From Candidatus Nomurabacteria bacterium (GTDB lineage: Bacteria > Patescibacteriota > Minisyncoccia > Phycocordibacterales > UBA9973), in NCBI GenBank assembly GCA_003155695.1, contig PMDZ01000004.1:51257-109079 (forward strand): a stretch of 57,823 nucleotides of DNA, in the 5' to 3' direction. This document shows positions 17,140 through 27,337 of the stretch, piece by piece (position 1 is the stretch's first letter; every line of letters begins with the position of its first letter). The notes under the pieces are model-generated. The model saw only the letters and a program-made list of their open reading frames with translations. It was not told where the DNA came from and did not search any database. The position numbers were made by a program, and so were the translations under genes.

Positions 17140-17991
17140 ATGGAAAAATTAAACTTTGCATTCTTCGGAACTCCAACGGTTGCAAGCCTTACACTGGATA
17201 TAATGGCTAGGAATGGATATGTTCCATCCATAATCGTAACTTCACCGGACAAACCTGCCGGGCGGGGTTTGAAGATGACTCCAACTCCAGTTTCTCTTTG
17301 GGCAGAAAAAAATAATATCCCTTGTCTAAAACCTGAAAAAATCACTCCTGAATTTATCAATAATCTAAAACCTGACATCTATAATCTATTTGTGGTTGTT
17401 GCTTATGGAAAAATATTGCCGGAAATACTAATTAATGCACCAAAACTAGGAACAATAAATATCCATTATTCCCTGCTTCCAAAATGGCGCGGGGCTTCCC
17501 CTCTTGAGGCCTCACTTATAAATGGTGATGATGTCACAGGAGTAAGTATCCAACAGATGGTGTATAAATTGGATAGTGGACCAATTTTTGCCGAAAAAGA
17601 AATAACGATAGACGAGAAAATTACCAAAGAAGAATTAAGAAATAAATTAATAGAAATGGGTGGTAATTTGCTTTGCGAAATTCTTCCCAAAATTGTTAAT
17701 AAAAATATCACCCCAGAAATACAGGATGAATCCAAAGCTACTTATTGCTCTAAAATAAATAAGGAAGACGGCGAGTTAGATATTGTGAATGGAAATCCGA
17801 AAGAAAATTACAATAAATATCGGGCATTCTCCGGCTGGCCAGGAACATATTTTTTTGCAACAAAACACAACAAAAAAATAAGGGTAAAAATAAAAGAAGC
17901 AGTTTATGAGAACAACCTATTCATCATCAATAGGGTCACTCCTGAAGGCAAGAAGGAAATTAGTTACGAAGATTTTTTAAGACAAAACTAA
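17140..17991 (+). CDS. fmt: methionyl-tRNA formyltransferase
   Basis: FFGTP N-terminus, HYSLLPKWRGASPLEASL. Confidence 0.93.
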   Translation: MEKLNFAFFGTPTVASLTLDIMARNGYVPSIIVTSPDKPAGRGLKMTPTPVSLWAEKNNIPCLKPEKITPEFINNLKPDIYNLFVVVAYGKILPEILINAPKLGTINIHYSLLPKWRGASPLEASLINGDDVTGVSIQQMVYKLDSGPIFAEKEITIDEKITKEELRNKLIEMGGNLLCEILPKIVNKNITPEIQDESKATYCSKINKEDGELDIVNGNPKENYNKYRAFSGWPGTYFFATKHNKKIRVKIKEAVYENNLFIINRVTPEGKKEISYEDFLRQN

Positions 17992-17993
17992 TA

Positions 17994-18383
17994 TTATTTT
18001 GAAGTAAAAGGATTGCGGTCGGACATACCTTTCAGCATTTTTTTGACACTCTTTGCTCCCCTTTTGAAAAGCGTGTGTTTGCGGTCTTTATTGCTGGTTA
18101 TTTGGCGGACTATTTCCGCTTTGGCGTCATCTATGGCTGCGTATAAATCCTCTTTCTCGGAAAAAGTATAAAATTCTGTTCCGGATATTTCTATATTAAA
18201 TTCAGCTCTGAAAACGTCTCCTTGTTTGTGGTGATTTGTCGTTTTTCCTACTTCCACCTGAGCTACCACCTTATCAGTATCTTTAATAAACTTTTTAATT
18301 CCATCTAAACGTTTATTCACATAATCATTAATAGCACTTGTTAACTCCATGTTCGTTGCCTTAATATTTGCGTTTATATTCAT
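17994..18383 (-). CDS. hpf: ribosome hibernation promoting factor / S30AE family protein
   Basis: MNINANIKATNMELTSAINDYVNKRL... is a typical RaiA/HPF N-terminus and length. Confidence 0.8.
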   Translation of the reverse strand: MNINANIKATNMELTSAINDYVNKRLDGIKKFIKDTDKVVAQVEVGKTTNHHKQGDVFRAEFNIEISGTEFYTFSEKEDLYAAIDDAKAEIVRQITSNKDRKHTLFKRGAKSVKKMLKGMSDRNPFTSK

Positions 18384-18440
18384 AATTTAAAAAGCTAATT
18401 AATAATACTATCATTATACTCTTAATTCATTAAAAACAAA

Positions 18441-18671
18441 TTAATTTTCCGGTAAATTAATCGACAAAAGTTTACTTGGGCTTTGATGGCCGTTTATTAT
18501 ACGAACGCTCTTTGTAGAAACATGGAATAGAGATGCAACAATCTCTACTATCCTTTTATTGGCTTGATTCCTTTCGGCTTTTTCACGGACCGAAATATTG
18601 TAGCTGTCTTCACTTTTCTTTTTTACTTCTTCTCTCTTCGCCCCGGCCTGAACTTTAACCTTTATATACAT
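18441..18671 (-). CDS. DUF167 (YggU-like) protein
   Basis: MYIKVKVQAGAKREEV... and size match DUF167. Confidence 0.55.
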   Translation of the reverse strand: MYIKVKVQAGAKREEVKKKSEDSYNISVREKAERNQANKRIVEIVASLFHVSTKSVRIINGHQSPSKLLSINLPEN

Positions 18672-18759
18672 GATGTATAAATTATAACAAAATAGAAAAT
18701 ATCTTGATAGGTCTACCGTTTGGCTTTTTTAATACAATAAAAAGGGTTATAATACGTCT

Positions 18760-19629
18760 ATGAGTAAAATATTGAAATTTGTAAAAATCTTTTTCTTTAT
18801 ATTATACATATTGGTAATATTTTTCTTAATGCTTGAAAACAAACAAATCTCTTTATTTTACAATTTACCATCATTCATTATTCCCGGAATATTTTTCATC
18901 AGCATTCTATTTATTTGTTACAAATATATTGTTTCAATAATGAAGGAAGACCAGCTAGAGGAAGAAATTGTTTCTATAGTAAATCATTCTTTCCGCACTC
19001 CCCTTACAAGTATGATTTGGTATATGAAAGAATTGGAGAAAAATATCCCTCAAAATGAAAAAATGTTATATTTGCAAAGCCTGAATAATGGAGCCAACAA
19101 ACTTCTCTCTGTAATCGATGTTCTGGTCGGCATTAAAGATGTGGAAAATACTTCGGGATATTATTTTGAAGCAATCTCAATAAGGGAAATCGTCGAGAAA
19201 TCAATAAAAAAATATCGTGACAAAATTAATAAAAAAAATATCACCTTCCAAGTTTCTACTTTCAAAGATATCCCGCTTCTGACAATGGACTTGAAAAAGA
19301 TTTCCTTCGTTATCGATACCATAATAGAAAATGCCGTTTCTTACACAAAACAAAATGGTAAAATTTTGATTGATTGTATTTCCGGTTCTAAAAAGCTTAC
19401 ATTATATATCAGCGACACAGGTATAGGACTTGGTTTAAAGGATAAAATTATGCTTTTCTCGAAATTTTACCGCAACCATAAAGCCAAACTTATGAACACC
19501 GACGGAATGGGTCTTCGACTATATTTGTCCAAGCAAATCATCAAAAGACACGGTGGTAAAATATACGCCAAATCAAACGGTTTGAATGAAGGCACAACTT
19601 TTTTTATAGAATTACCGTTTCGAAAGTAA
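18760..19629 (+). CDS. sensor histidine kinase (no adjacent response regulator)
   Basis: Two N-terminal TM helices. H box HSFRTPLTSM, N box IENAVSYT, G1 DTGIGL, G2 GMGLRL. Confidence 0.8.
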   Translation: MSKILKFVKIFFFILYILVIFFLMLENKQISLFYNLPSFIIPGIFFISILFICYKYIVSIMKEDQLEEEIVSIVNHSFRTPLTSMIWYMKELEKNIPQNEKMLYLQSLNNGANKLLSVIDVLVGIKDVENTSGYYFEAISIREIVEKSIKKYRDKINKKNITFQVSTFKDIPLLTMDLKKISFVIDTIIENAVSYTKQNGKILIDCISGSKKLTLYISDTGIGLGLKDKIMLFSKFYRNHKAKLMNTDGMGLRLYLSKQIIKRHGGKIYAKSNGLNEGTTFFIELPFRK

Positions 19630-19631
19630 TT

Positions 19632-21140
19632 TCATTTTAAAACAATAAGACCTATAATTCCCAAAATTGACAGATAAATAAGGCAAGGAACAATGACTCC
19701 TTTTAAGACACCAACTTCCCCATTCTTCGTCCCCGTCACGGCTTCGGCTGTCAGAATATCTGCGAGCGCTATCATATTACCAGCCGCCGCTCCAACAACG
19801 CCAAGAGCAAGAATTACACTGGTGTTCAGAGAAAGATTTGTAGCTGCCATATTAAATAAATGACCAAACATGATATTGGAGACTGTAACACTGCCGGTCA
19901 TGAAAGCTCCAAAAGCTCCGATAAAAGGAGCGAAAAGTGGGAGGAGAGCTGTTTCAAAACTCTTAGTAATAAGACTAATTGCCGAAAGAAGCCCTGAATA
20001 ATTGTTACCGGAATTTATCATTATTTGGACCATTGCCAACATTGAAAAAACAACGAGGAAAGGACGAATTGCTCCTTTTGCGGCTTTCTTGATTGAACTT
20101 TTGATTATCTCACCTTTCTCTTTCCAAATCAGCATAACCAATAAACCGGAAATTATAAAAATAAAACCAGGGTTAAATAAACTGAAAGTGTGACTAAATC
20201 CTAAAGATAACGGTATTCCAAAATTTCCCAAAATAAATTTACCTAAAATCAATAATGCAATAAGAATGATATAAGGGAGAAATGCTTTGGCTGGTGACAT
20301 TGAAGACGTCTCCACCTCTTCTTTTTTCCCTGAAAGTGATAACACTTCTTTCGGAACCAGAAAACCGAGTTTTACAGAAATGATAATCGCCACTAATCCA
20401 AAAAGTGAACCAAGAATTGATGGAAATTCTTGTCCCAGAAAAACAAAGAAAAGAGATGGCACAACGAAAAGCAAACCCGAATATATGGCAAATGGTAATG
20501 CGTCAAAAAATTCTTTTTTTCTGTTCGGTCGTCCTCCGGTAATAAACCAAAGCATAAAAACCGGAACAATAAATCCGACGAGATTAAGTAGCGCGGAATA
20601 TAACGGAACCAATGTTGTATTTAATCCGACAAACCCCATTTTTATCGGGGTTCCGGCGGCACCAAAAACTCCCGGGGCGCTATTCCCTAACAGGCCAACA
20701 ACCAGTGCTCTTATTGGAGTTAATCCTAAGCCCATCAAAATAGGCACGGCTATAGCCGCCGGAGTTCCGAAGCCAGCTGTCCCCTCGATGAAGCATTCCA
20801 AAAACCAGGCAATGATAATTATCTGAATTCGATAATCTTTTGAGAGACTTCCAAGATAATAAGATATATTTTTTATTATTTTTAAATCTTTTAGAATTTC
20901 GAGAAAGAATATAGCTCCAAAAATAATTATAAATATATCTAGAGCGACGAAAAATCCTTTTCCGTAAGATGCGTATAGGAAAGATGGCATTATCTTCCAG
21001 TAGAAAATTGCCAGGATTGTATAAAGAGCAAGTGTAACAAAAGATGACCAAAGAAGCGGTACTTTTTTTACAAGTAAAAGGAAAAGAAAAACCAGAAAAG
21101 GAAACAGCGACAGTAGGATTGGAATATTATCGATATTCAT
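19632..21140 (-). CDS. L-lactate permease (LctP) family transporter
   Basis: Polytopic. GFGTPAAIAVPILMGLGLTP...GNSAPGVFGAAGTPI resembles the LctP signature. Confidence 0.7.
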   Translation of the reverse strand: MNIDNIPILLSLFPFLVFLFLLLVKKVPLLWSSFVTLALYTILAIFYWKIMPSFLYASYGKGFFVALDIFIIIFGAIFFLEILKDLKIIKNISYYLGSLSKDYRIQIIIIAWFLECFIEGTAGFGTPAAIAVPILMGLGLTPIRALVVGLLGNSAPGVFGAAGTPIKMGFVGLNTTLVPLYSALLNLVGFIVPVFMLWFITGGRPNRKKEFFDALPFAIYSGLLFVVPSLFFVFLGQEFPSILGSLFGLVAIIISVKLGFLVPKEVLSLSGKKEEVETSSMSPAKAFLPYIILIALLILGKFILGNFGIPLSLGFSHTFSLFNPGFIFIISGLLVMLIWKEKGEIIKSSIKKAAKGAIRPFLVVFSMLAMVQIMINSGNNYSGLLSAISLITKSFETALLPLFAPFIGAFGAFMTGSVTVSNIMFGHLFNMAATNLSLNTSVILALGVVGAAAGNMIALADILTAEAVTGTKNGEVGVLKGVIVPCLIYLSILGIIGLIVLK

Positions 21141-21185
21141 TATGTTGTATATGACACTAAAAAAATTCTAATCAATGCATTATAA

Positions 21186-21749
21186 TTATTGGGTTTTGAG
21201 CCAACTAATCATTTTTAAAAACGTTCCGGGTCCCACTTCCCCATCTTGTGTTAAGCCTTGCGCTTTCTGGAAAGCTTTTACGGCTGTTGCTACACTTACG
21301 CCATAATCGTTATCAACTTTTGTCGAAGTATTATTATATATATTCAAAAATTTCTGCAATGTTCCCACCGCAATACCTTGCGATTTATTCTTAAGATAAG
21401 TCTTGCCGTCCGCAAGTTTTTGTAAATCATCTATAAGACTTTGATATTTGTAAGCAGGGGTTTTAGCCGGAATACTGGTGGGAGTCGTAGTAGTTCCTGG
21501 TGTTGTACCGGCCGAAACGTTTTGTTCGTTTTGGGTTTCCGCTTCTTTCTCCGCTTTCAAGAGATTGTAATCTGTTTTTGCTTGAGCTAGCTCTTTGGTA
21601 AGTTCTTCATTTTGTTGTTCCAATTCTTTCTGTTTTTGACTATCGACGTGAGTACTCCCCGATTCTATCGTTGAAAACGCCCAGTAGCCGGAAAGACCCA
21701 ACAGGGCTAAAATAAAAATTGAAAACAAAGTAAATTTAAAATTATCCAT
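21186..21749 (-). CDS. membrane-anchored protein with peptidoglycan-binding (PG_binding_1) domain
   Basis: N-terminal TM and coiled coil. C-terminus VGTLQKFLN...DNDYGVSVATAVKAFQKAQGLTQDGEVGPGT. Confidence 0.65.
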   Translation of the reverse strand: MDNFKFTLFSIFILALLGLSGYWAFSTIESGSTHVDSQKQKELEQQNEELTKELAQAKTDYNLLKAEKEAETQNEQNVSAGTTPGTTTTPTSIPAKTPAYKYQSLIDDLQKLADGKTYLKNKSQGIAVGTLQKFLNIYNNTSTKVDNDYGVSVATAVKAFQKAQGLTQDGEVGPGTFLKMISWLKTQ

Positions 21750-21785
21750 ATATTGATTATAACAAAAAAATATTTTTACGCCAAA

Positions 21786-24293
21786 TTATGGCGCTTTAAT
21801 GAAAAAGCGGTAAAAGAAATATTTAGAAATTTCAGCAATAAACAGATAACCAATAACAATACCTGCAATTAGTAATATTAATGTCATGGGAAGCGGAGCA
21901 AACGAGAGAAGCGGACCAAGCGGTGTGTAAGGAACTATCCAAGCGATTACGACGATGAGAATTGCGCTTAGAGTAACAAAAATTCCCGGTTTACTTCTAA
22001 AGAATGGCACACGTTTGGTCCTGATAATAAAGATAACAAGTATTTGGGTGGCGATAGATTCAATAAACCAACCTGTTTGAAAATGTCGTGCATCCAAATG
22101 GAATACTTTATAGAGTAAAAAGAATGTCAGAAAATCAAAAATTGAACTCAAAAGTCCAAAGACAATTATATATTTGGAAAATTCTTTCATATTCCATTTC
22201 AATGGAAGTTTTACCGACTCAGCATCGGTCGTATCGGTCGGAATTGTCGTTTGAGAAATATCATACAAGAAATTATTGAAGAGTATTTGGGACGAAAGCA
22301 TCGGGAAAAACGGCAAGATGAATGAGGCGCCCATCATTGAAAACATATTGCCGAAGTTTGAACTGAAGCCCATCTTTATATATTTGAGAGTATTTTGGAA
22401 TGTCTTTCGCCCTTCTATAACTCCATCTTTGAGCACGTGTAAATTTTTATTGAGCAGTATTATATCGGCCGTTTCTTTGGCTACGTCAACGGCATTGTTG
22501 ACGGATATGCCGACATCGGCAATTTTCAAAACCGGAGCATCATTTATGCCGTCACCCATATAGCCGACGGTGTGCCCTTTCTTTTGTAACATCCCAACAA
22601 TTCTCTCTTTTTGTTCCGGGGAAACTCGAGAAAAAATATTAATGGAATCAATTTTTTGCAAAAGCTCCAAGTCGGAAAGCGCATCAAGCATCACACCGGT
22701 CATTGTCCCTTCTATTTTTATATTTAAGTCTCGACAGATTCTTTCGGTCAGAATTTCACTATCGCCGGTGATAATTTTCACAAGGACAGAAAGCTCGCGC
22801 AACTCTTCGAGAGCCAAGCTGGCACTCTTTTTTGGCGGGTCAAGGAAAGCGGCGAAACCGATGAAGGTCATCTCTTTTTCTTCCTGATTTTCATAATTTA
22901 CTCTTTCTTCCTTTTCGATTTTTTTTACGGCAATCGCCAGTACCCGGAAACCGTCGGCGCTTAATTTGTCATATTCTTCCCCGGCTTTCTTTATATTTTC
23001 ATCACCAAATTTTAATTTGTCTTCCTCACTTTCCAAAAATGTGGAGATTGGGAATATACTTTCCGGAGCGCCTTTGGCAATCAATAATCTTTCTCCATTG
23101 TGCTCAACGACGATAGAATCACGTCGCCTCTCAAAATCAAAAGGAATCTCGTCAATTTTCGTATACGAACTTGTATCCATTTTCCCGTGTACCTGAATGG
23201 CTTCATCAAGGGGACTTTTGCGGGCTGTGTGATAAATACTGTTTAGATAAACATACAAAAGAACATTTTTGGAATCAAGACCATTCATATTTACACATTT
23301 TACTAATTCTATTTTGTCCTCAGTCAAAGTTCCCGTTTTATCGGTGCAAAGAATATCCATACTCCCAAAGTTCTGAACCGAAGCCAGATTTTTCAAAATA
23401 ACTTCCTTCTTGGCCATTCGAAGCGACCCGTGAGAAAGCGTGACAGACATTATGACCGGCAGAAGTTCCGGCGTCAGCCCGACGGCAATGGCCGCGGCAA
23501 AAAGAAAAGAATTCAATATTCCCCTGCCGTAAAAAGCATTGACCAGAAAAACAATCATCACCATGACTAAAGTAAGTCGAAGAATAAAAACACTAAAATG
23601 TTTCAGCCCATGTTCAAAACTCGTCGCTTCTTTGGTGACAGAAAGTTGCTTGGCAATTTTTCCGAATTCCGCTCTCTCGCCGGTTTGGACGACTTCGACT
23701 ACCGCATACCCGGTCACTACCGATGTCCCCATGAATACGGCAGTCGTATCAGAAAGATTTAATTGTTTGCTGACTAAAGGCGAATTATCTTTATTGATAA
23801 ATTTTTCAACAGGGAAAGATTCACCGGAGAGCGCCGATTGATTGACGAAAAAATCATCAGCCGAAATGACAATGCAATCCGCCGGGATAACGTCGCCAGC
23901 TGAAAGCTCCACGATGTCCCCAGGGACAATCAAATGGAAAGAAATTTCTTGCTTTTTCCCGTCGCGGCGAACCGTGGCCGTCGAAGCCACTTTCTCGACT
24001 AATTTCAAGGCGACTTTTTCCGATTTGTAGCTATTGAAGAAATCCAAGATGACCGAGATTAAAACAATAACAATAATGATTATGGCATTGACGCGTTGGC
24101 CGAAAAAGAAAGATATCGCCGCAGCACCAATTAAAAGAAATAGAAGTGGATTATTAAACTTCTTAATAAGCATCTCAATCGGTTGCAACCTTTTGCGACG
24201 GTAAATTGTATTCTCGCCAAACTCCGTAAGATATTTTTTCGCCTCTGCCGACGACAAACCAACTTTCTGGTTTGTCCTTTTTATATTGGGCAT
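21786..24293 (-). CDS. P-type ATPase, MgtA-like (Mg2+ importing type suspected)
   Basis: CTDKTGTLTEDKI, TGDS, MGDGINDAP, and 10-TM topology. Cation assignment is by resemblance only. Confidence 0.85.
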   Translation of the reverse strand: MPNIKRTNQKVGLSSAEAKKYLTEFGENTIYRRKRLQPIEMLIKKFNNPLLFLLIGAAAISFFFGQRVNAIIIIVIVLISVILDFFNSYKSEKVALKLVEKVASTATVRRDGKKQEISFHLIVPGDIVELSAGDVIPADCIVISADDFFVNQSALSGESFPVEKFINKDNSPLVSKQLNLSDTTAVFMGTSVVTGYAVVEVVQTGERAEFGKIAKQLSVTKEATSFEHGLKHFSVFILRLTLVMVMIVFLVNAFYGRGILNSFLFAAAIAVGLTPELLPVIMSVTLSHGSLRMAKKEVILKNLASVQNFGSMDILCTDKTGTLTEDKIELVKCVNMNGLDSKNVLLYVYLNSIYHTARKSPLDEAIQVHGKMDTSSYTKIDEIPFDFERRRDSIVVEHNGERLLIAKGAPESIFPISTFLESEEDKLKFGDENIKKAGEEYDKLSADGFRVLAIAVKKIEKEERVNYENQEEKEMTFIGFAAFLDPPKKSASLALEELRELSVLVKIITGDSEILTERICRDLNIKIEGTMTGVMLDALSDLELLQKIDSINIFSRVSPEQKERIVGMLQKKGHTVGYMGDGINDAPVLKIADVGISVNNAVDVAKETADIILLNKNLHVLKDGVIEGRKTFQNTLKYIKMGFSSNFGNMFSMMGASFILPFFPMLSSQILFNNFLYDISQTTIPTDTTDAESVKLPLKWNMKEFSKYIIVFGLLSSIFDFLTFFLLYKVFHLDARHFQTGWFIESIATQILVIFIIRTKRVPFFRSKPGIFVTLSAILIVVIAWIVPYTPLGPLLSFAPLPMTLILLIAGIVIGYLFIAEISKYFFYRFFIKAP

Positions 24294-24346
24294 ATTTTGT
24301 ATTATAGCAGAAAAAAGATTAGATATTAAAAATTTATCCGATTATC

Positions 24347-24372
24347 TCTACCCATCTGAGACGAAGTGAAAC
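24347..24372 (-). repeat. solitary copy of the tRNA-Asn-3'-end-like repeat (G1 type)
   Basis: CTCTACCCATCTGAGACGAAGTGAAAC aligns with GCTCCCCGTCTGGGACGAAGTGGGAACC of the 35.6-42.6 kb array. Confidence 0.5.
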
Positions 24373-24480
24373 TTTTTAAGTAAGATAAAATAAACAAGCC
24401 CTTATCAAAAAAGATAAGGGTCTTGAGTTATATTTTCTCTTGTCTACGACAATTACTGGAGAGAATAACCAGTAAAATAA

Positions 24481-24792
24481 TCAAGTTTTGATTTCTTCTT
24501 CAAAGGAGGAAAGAAATTCTTCAGAAAGATCAATCAGCCTTTGAATACCTTGTACGCAGAGAGTATCATCTGATGATGTGCGGATTTGTTCAGTCAGATA
24601 ACTAATAACAGTTTCAGCAATTTTTGTTTTGCTATGATAAGTTCGATCGTCATCTGAAGACTTTGCATTGCCTTCTTCAAAGACTCTGTCATTCTTAAGT
24701 AAATCACCAAGTTTCAAAGTTAAAACTTTAGTAAACGAGAAGGAGAAACCTGAAATTTGATCCTGTTTTAAAGATAATTTTAGCTTTGGCAT
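24481..24792 (-). CDS. hypothetical protein
   Basis: ORF with its own promoter/leader (see 24872-24933). No recognisable motif. Confidence 0.45.
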   Translation of the reverse strand: MPKLKLSLKQDQISGFSFSFTKVLTLKLGDLLKNDRVFEEGNAKSSDDDRTYHSKTKIAETVISYLTEQIRTSSDDTLCVQGIQRLIDLSEEFLSSFEEEIKT

Positions 24793-24871
24793 TTTTTTTA
24801 TTTTAATGTTATTACTCCGTGAACTATTAAAGTATCCTCAGAAAAGAAACTTAAATAGTTCACTGAATAAT

Positions 24872-24933
24872 CAAAACCTATATCAAAGAACCACTATCTT
24901 TTGTATGATAGCATAATTATGGCACTCTGTCAA
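24872..24933 (-). promoter_or_regulatory. promoter TTGACA-17-TATCAT with CTATC/GATAG inverted repeat and conserved leader (copy A)
   Basis: On the minus strand: TTGACA (24933-24928), TATCAT (24910-24905), then ACAAAAGATAGTGGTTCTTTGATAT. Homologous to 27281-27334. Confidence 0.55.
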
Positions 24934-24952
24934 TATCTATTTTGGAGGGTTA

Positions 24953-26233
24953 TTAGTTTACAAACGTCAACGCGGTTCCCACTTGGTCGCCACGGCCGGT
25001 ACGGCCAATGCGGTGGACGTAGTCTTCGTAGGTCGCTGGGACTTCGAAGTTGATGACGTGCGAGACGTTCGGGATATCAAGTCCTCGAGCAGCTACGTCG
25101 GTCGCCACAAGTATTTGCGAGTGGTTTTCGCGGAAAGCTTTGAGTGCGCTTTGGCGGCGATTTTGATTTTTATCTCCATGAATTGATTCGGCTTTGAATC
25201 CTTGGCGAACTAGTATCTGGCAAAGTTTTTCAACACCGTGTTTGGTTCGGCCGAAAATAAGAACTTTTGAAAATTCTTTTTTAGATAAAAGATTACTCAA
25301 GTGCTCTATTTTATCACTGCCTTGTGGAACGCGGATAATATCTTGTTCAACGTTTCTTGCTGTCTCTCCTGTTTTAACCGAAATTTTTTCCGGATTGGTC
25401 AAAAATTCTTTGATTAATTTATCGAGCTCTCCAGTAATCGTTGCTGAGAATAAAAGTGTCTGACGGTTGGGCGCCATACCCGCCATTATGAACCTCATAT
25501 CAGCGACGAAGCCCATATCGAGCATGCGGTCGGCTTCATCGAGAACGATTGTGCGGAATTCTGCCAAGTGTATTACTTTGCGGTCAACCAAGTCGCGTAA
25601 ACGTCCCGGCGTTCCGATGACGAAATTGTGAGCTCGGCGCAAACCATAAATCTGATTGGAAATACTCATTCCGCCAACCGAGCAGACTGAGAAAATTCTC
25701 AAGTCACCGCGGAATTCCATCAACTCCTGATTAATCTGCAATGCCAGTTCGCGAGTCGGCACAATGACAAGAACTTTTTCGCGTGGATTTTTTAGAATTT
25801 TATCAAGAAGCGGAATGAGAAAGGCCGCCGTTTTGCCGGTACCGGTATTTGCCACGCCGACGACATCGCGACCAGAAAGCACATAGGGAATTGCCACATC
25901 CTGAATCGGAGTTGGTGTTACATATCCTTTCTTTATTACGTTTGCTTTTATCACGTTATTAATCGCAAAATCCGCAAATTTATTTTGTGGCACATACGGA
26001 GCCGATTTGATAATTGGGTCAGCCTTGCAAACGAAACGAGAAGACGGAATAGTGCTTCCACCATTAAAACGCCCTCGAGAATTACCCCGACTTGCTGGTC
26101 TTGATTGATTATTTGAACGACCTCGAAAACTGCTTCTTTGACCATTTTGACCACCTGCTCGGTGGCCTCCTCCATTCGCATAATGCGAAGCAGGCTTGCC
26201 GGAGCTAGTGCTTCGGTTATATTGTTTATACAT
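24953..26233 (-). CDS. DEAD-box ATP-dependent RNA helicase with Gly/Arg/Ser-rich N-terminal extension
   Basis: Q motif region, ANTGTGKTAAF, DEADRM, SAT, HRIGRTGRG. Confidence 0.93.
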   Translation of the reverse strand: MYKQYNRSTSSGKPASHYANGGGHRAGGQNGQRSSFRGRSNNQSRPASRGNSRGRFNGGSTIPSSRFVCKADPIIKSAPYVPQNKFADFAINNVIKANVIKKGYVTPTPIQDVAIPYVLSGRDVVGVANTGTGKTAAFLIPLLDKILKNPREKVLVIVPTRELALQINQELMEFRGDLRIFSVCSVGGMSISNQIYGLRRAHNFVIGTPGRLRDLVDRKVIHLAEFRTIVLDEADRMLDMGFVADMRFIMAGMAPNRQTLLFSATITGELDKLIKEFLTNPEKISVKTGETARNVEQDIIRVPQGSDKIEHLSNLLSKKEFSKVLIFGRTKHGVEKLCQILVRQGFKAESIHGDKNQNRRQSALKAFRENHSQILVATDVAARGLDIPNVSHVINFEVPATYEDYVHRIGRTGRGDQVGTALTFVN

Positions 26234-26374
26234 AATTTTTACTCGGTCTATATATTAAAGTAAGACGGACCGAGACCTTTCCCTCCAGTTTCCATAAAGA
26301 CTATCGCGAGGGATAAGGCATTATATATAGCGCAACAAGCGCAAGAAACCAATGAGAATACAACTTACCTAAAG

Positions 26375-26403
26375 AGTATATAATATTTGATAGTATTTGT
26401 CAA
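26375..26403 (-). promoter_or_regulatory. consensus promoter TTGACA-17-TATACT for the helicase, giving a ~135-nt 5' UTR
   Basis: Minus strand: TTGACA (26403-26398), 17-nt spacer, TATACT (26380-26375). Confidence 0.6.
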
Positions 26404-26555
26404 GCTCCACACCTATATTTTTATTGTAGCACTTTGGACTACGTCGAAAACTATAAAAATATACGTGTAGCGTCAAGCCAGTCATCGAATCAAGAAAATA
26501 TAAAATGGTTCCCAATTTGCTTGGGAACCATTTATTTTAAAAATATCGAGATGTT

Positions 26556-26864
26556 TTAAATTATCTCAAAGAACTTTTTTTCATGTTCAGCCCACCCGAG
26601 TTTTCCCTCTCTACTTTCAGCCAATTCTCTCCAGAACTTATCGGCTACTTTACTAATTGTCTGAATATCATCTATGATAATTGACAATTTAGATAATTCT
26701 TTTTTAAGTAAATCATCCGACGCAGGAGATATTTCTACTGGTGACACGGTTTCTCTTCCCTTTGAATCCGATTCGTAGTCAAAGCCTGAACCTTCAAGTG
26801 CCATCAAGATACGACGATCGTTTGTATGATGACAAATAACTAATTTTGCCTTAATTTTTTCCAT
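26556..26864 (-). CDS. hypothetical protein
   Basis: ORF followed by the terminator hairpin GGTTCCCAA/TTGGGAACC at about 26504-26532. Confidence 0.45.
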   Translation of the reverse strand: MEKIKAKLVICHHTNDRRILMALEGSGFDYESDSKGRETVSPVEISPASDDLLKKELSKLSIIIDDIQTISKVADKFWRELAESREGKLGWAEHEKKFFEII

Positions 26865-26898
26865 TTATAAAAGTTTTAAAAGTTTGAAATTACATTAA

Positions 26899-27192
26899 TT
26901 ATTTGTGATCAGAGAATTTAACAATATAATGGAAAGACCCTTTTCCAAAAAAACTTTCTTCATAATATTCTTCGGATGAAACAGAAGAATTTGTAGTGTC
27001 TTTGTAAGTGACCTTTATTTTGTTGTTCCTTGTAACGTCTATACTTTGGACAACATATCCTTTTTTAAATGGAATATTTATCGTGTCCTCAGTATTTTTC
27101 CCGCCAAGGATTATTTGAGCGCCGTTTTTGGCTCTGCCATTACAAGCAGCAAGTGTTATTATTACACTCAGCAAAAAAATCAATTTTTTCAT
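26899..27192 (-). CDS. small lipoprotein
   Basis: Signal peptide with lipobox MKKLIFLLSVIITLAAC. Confidence 0.55.
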   Translation of the reverse strand: MKKLIFLLSVIITLAACNGRAKNGAQIILGGKNTEDTINIPFKKGYVVQSIDVTRNNKIKVTYKDTTNSSVSSEEYYEESFFGKGSFHYIVKFSDHK

Positions 27193-27280
27193 AATTGTCT
27201 ATATTAAGTGGTTAATTATTTGTTTAGATTACTCTAAACTCCTTACAGAAATACAGAGTAATCCAAACAAACGCAACCAA

Positions 27281-27334
27281 ATATCAAAGAACCACTACTA
27301 TCTGTAGGATAGCATAATTTTGTTGTTTTGTCAA
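27281..27334 (-). promoter_or_regulatory. promoter TTGACA-17-TATCCT with CTATC/GATAG inverted repeat and conserved leader (copy B)
   Basis: Minus strand: TTGACA (27334-27329), TATCCT (27311-27306), then ACAGATAGTAGTGGTTCTTTGATAT. Confidence 0.55.
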
Positions 27335-27337
27335 TGC

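Noticed and set aside
20287-21051. ORFs 20287-20826 (+) and 20680-21051 (-) within the lactate permease gene
   Set aside because: They are in antisense or alternative frames of a well-supported 502-aa transporter ORF and have no motifs.
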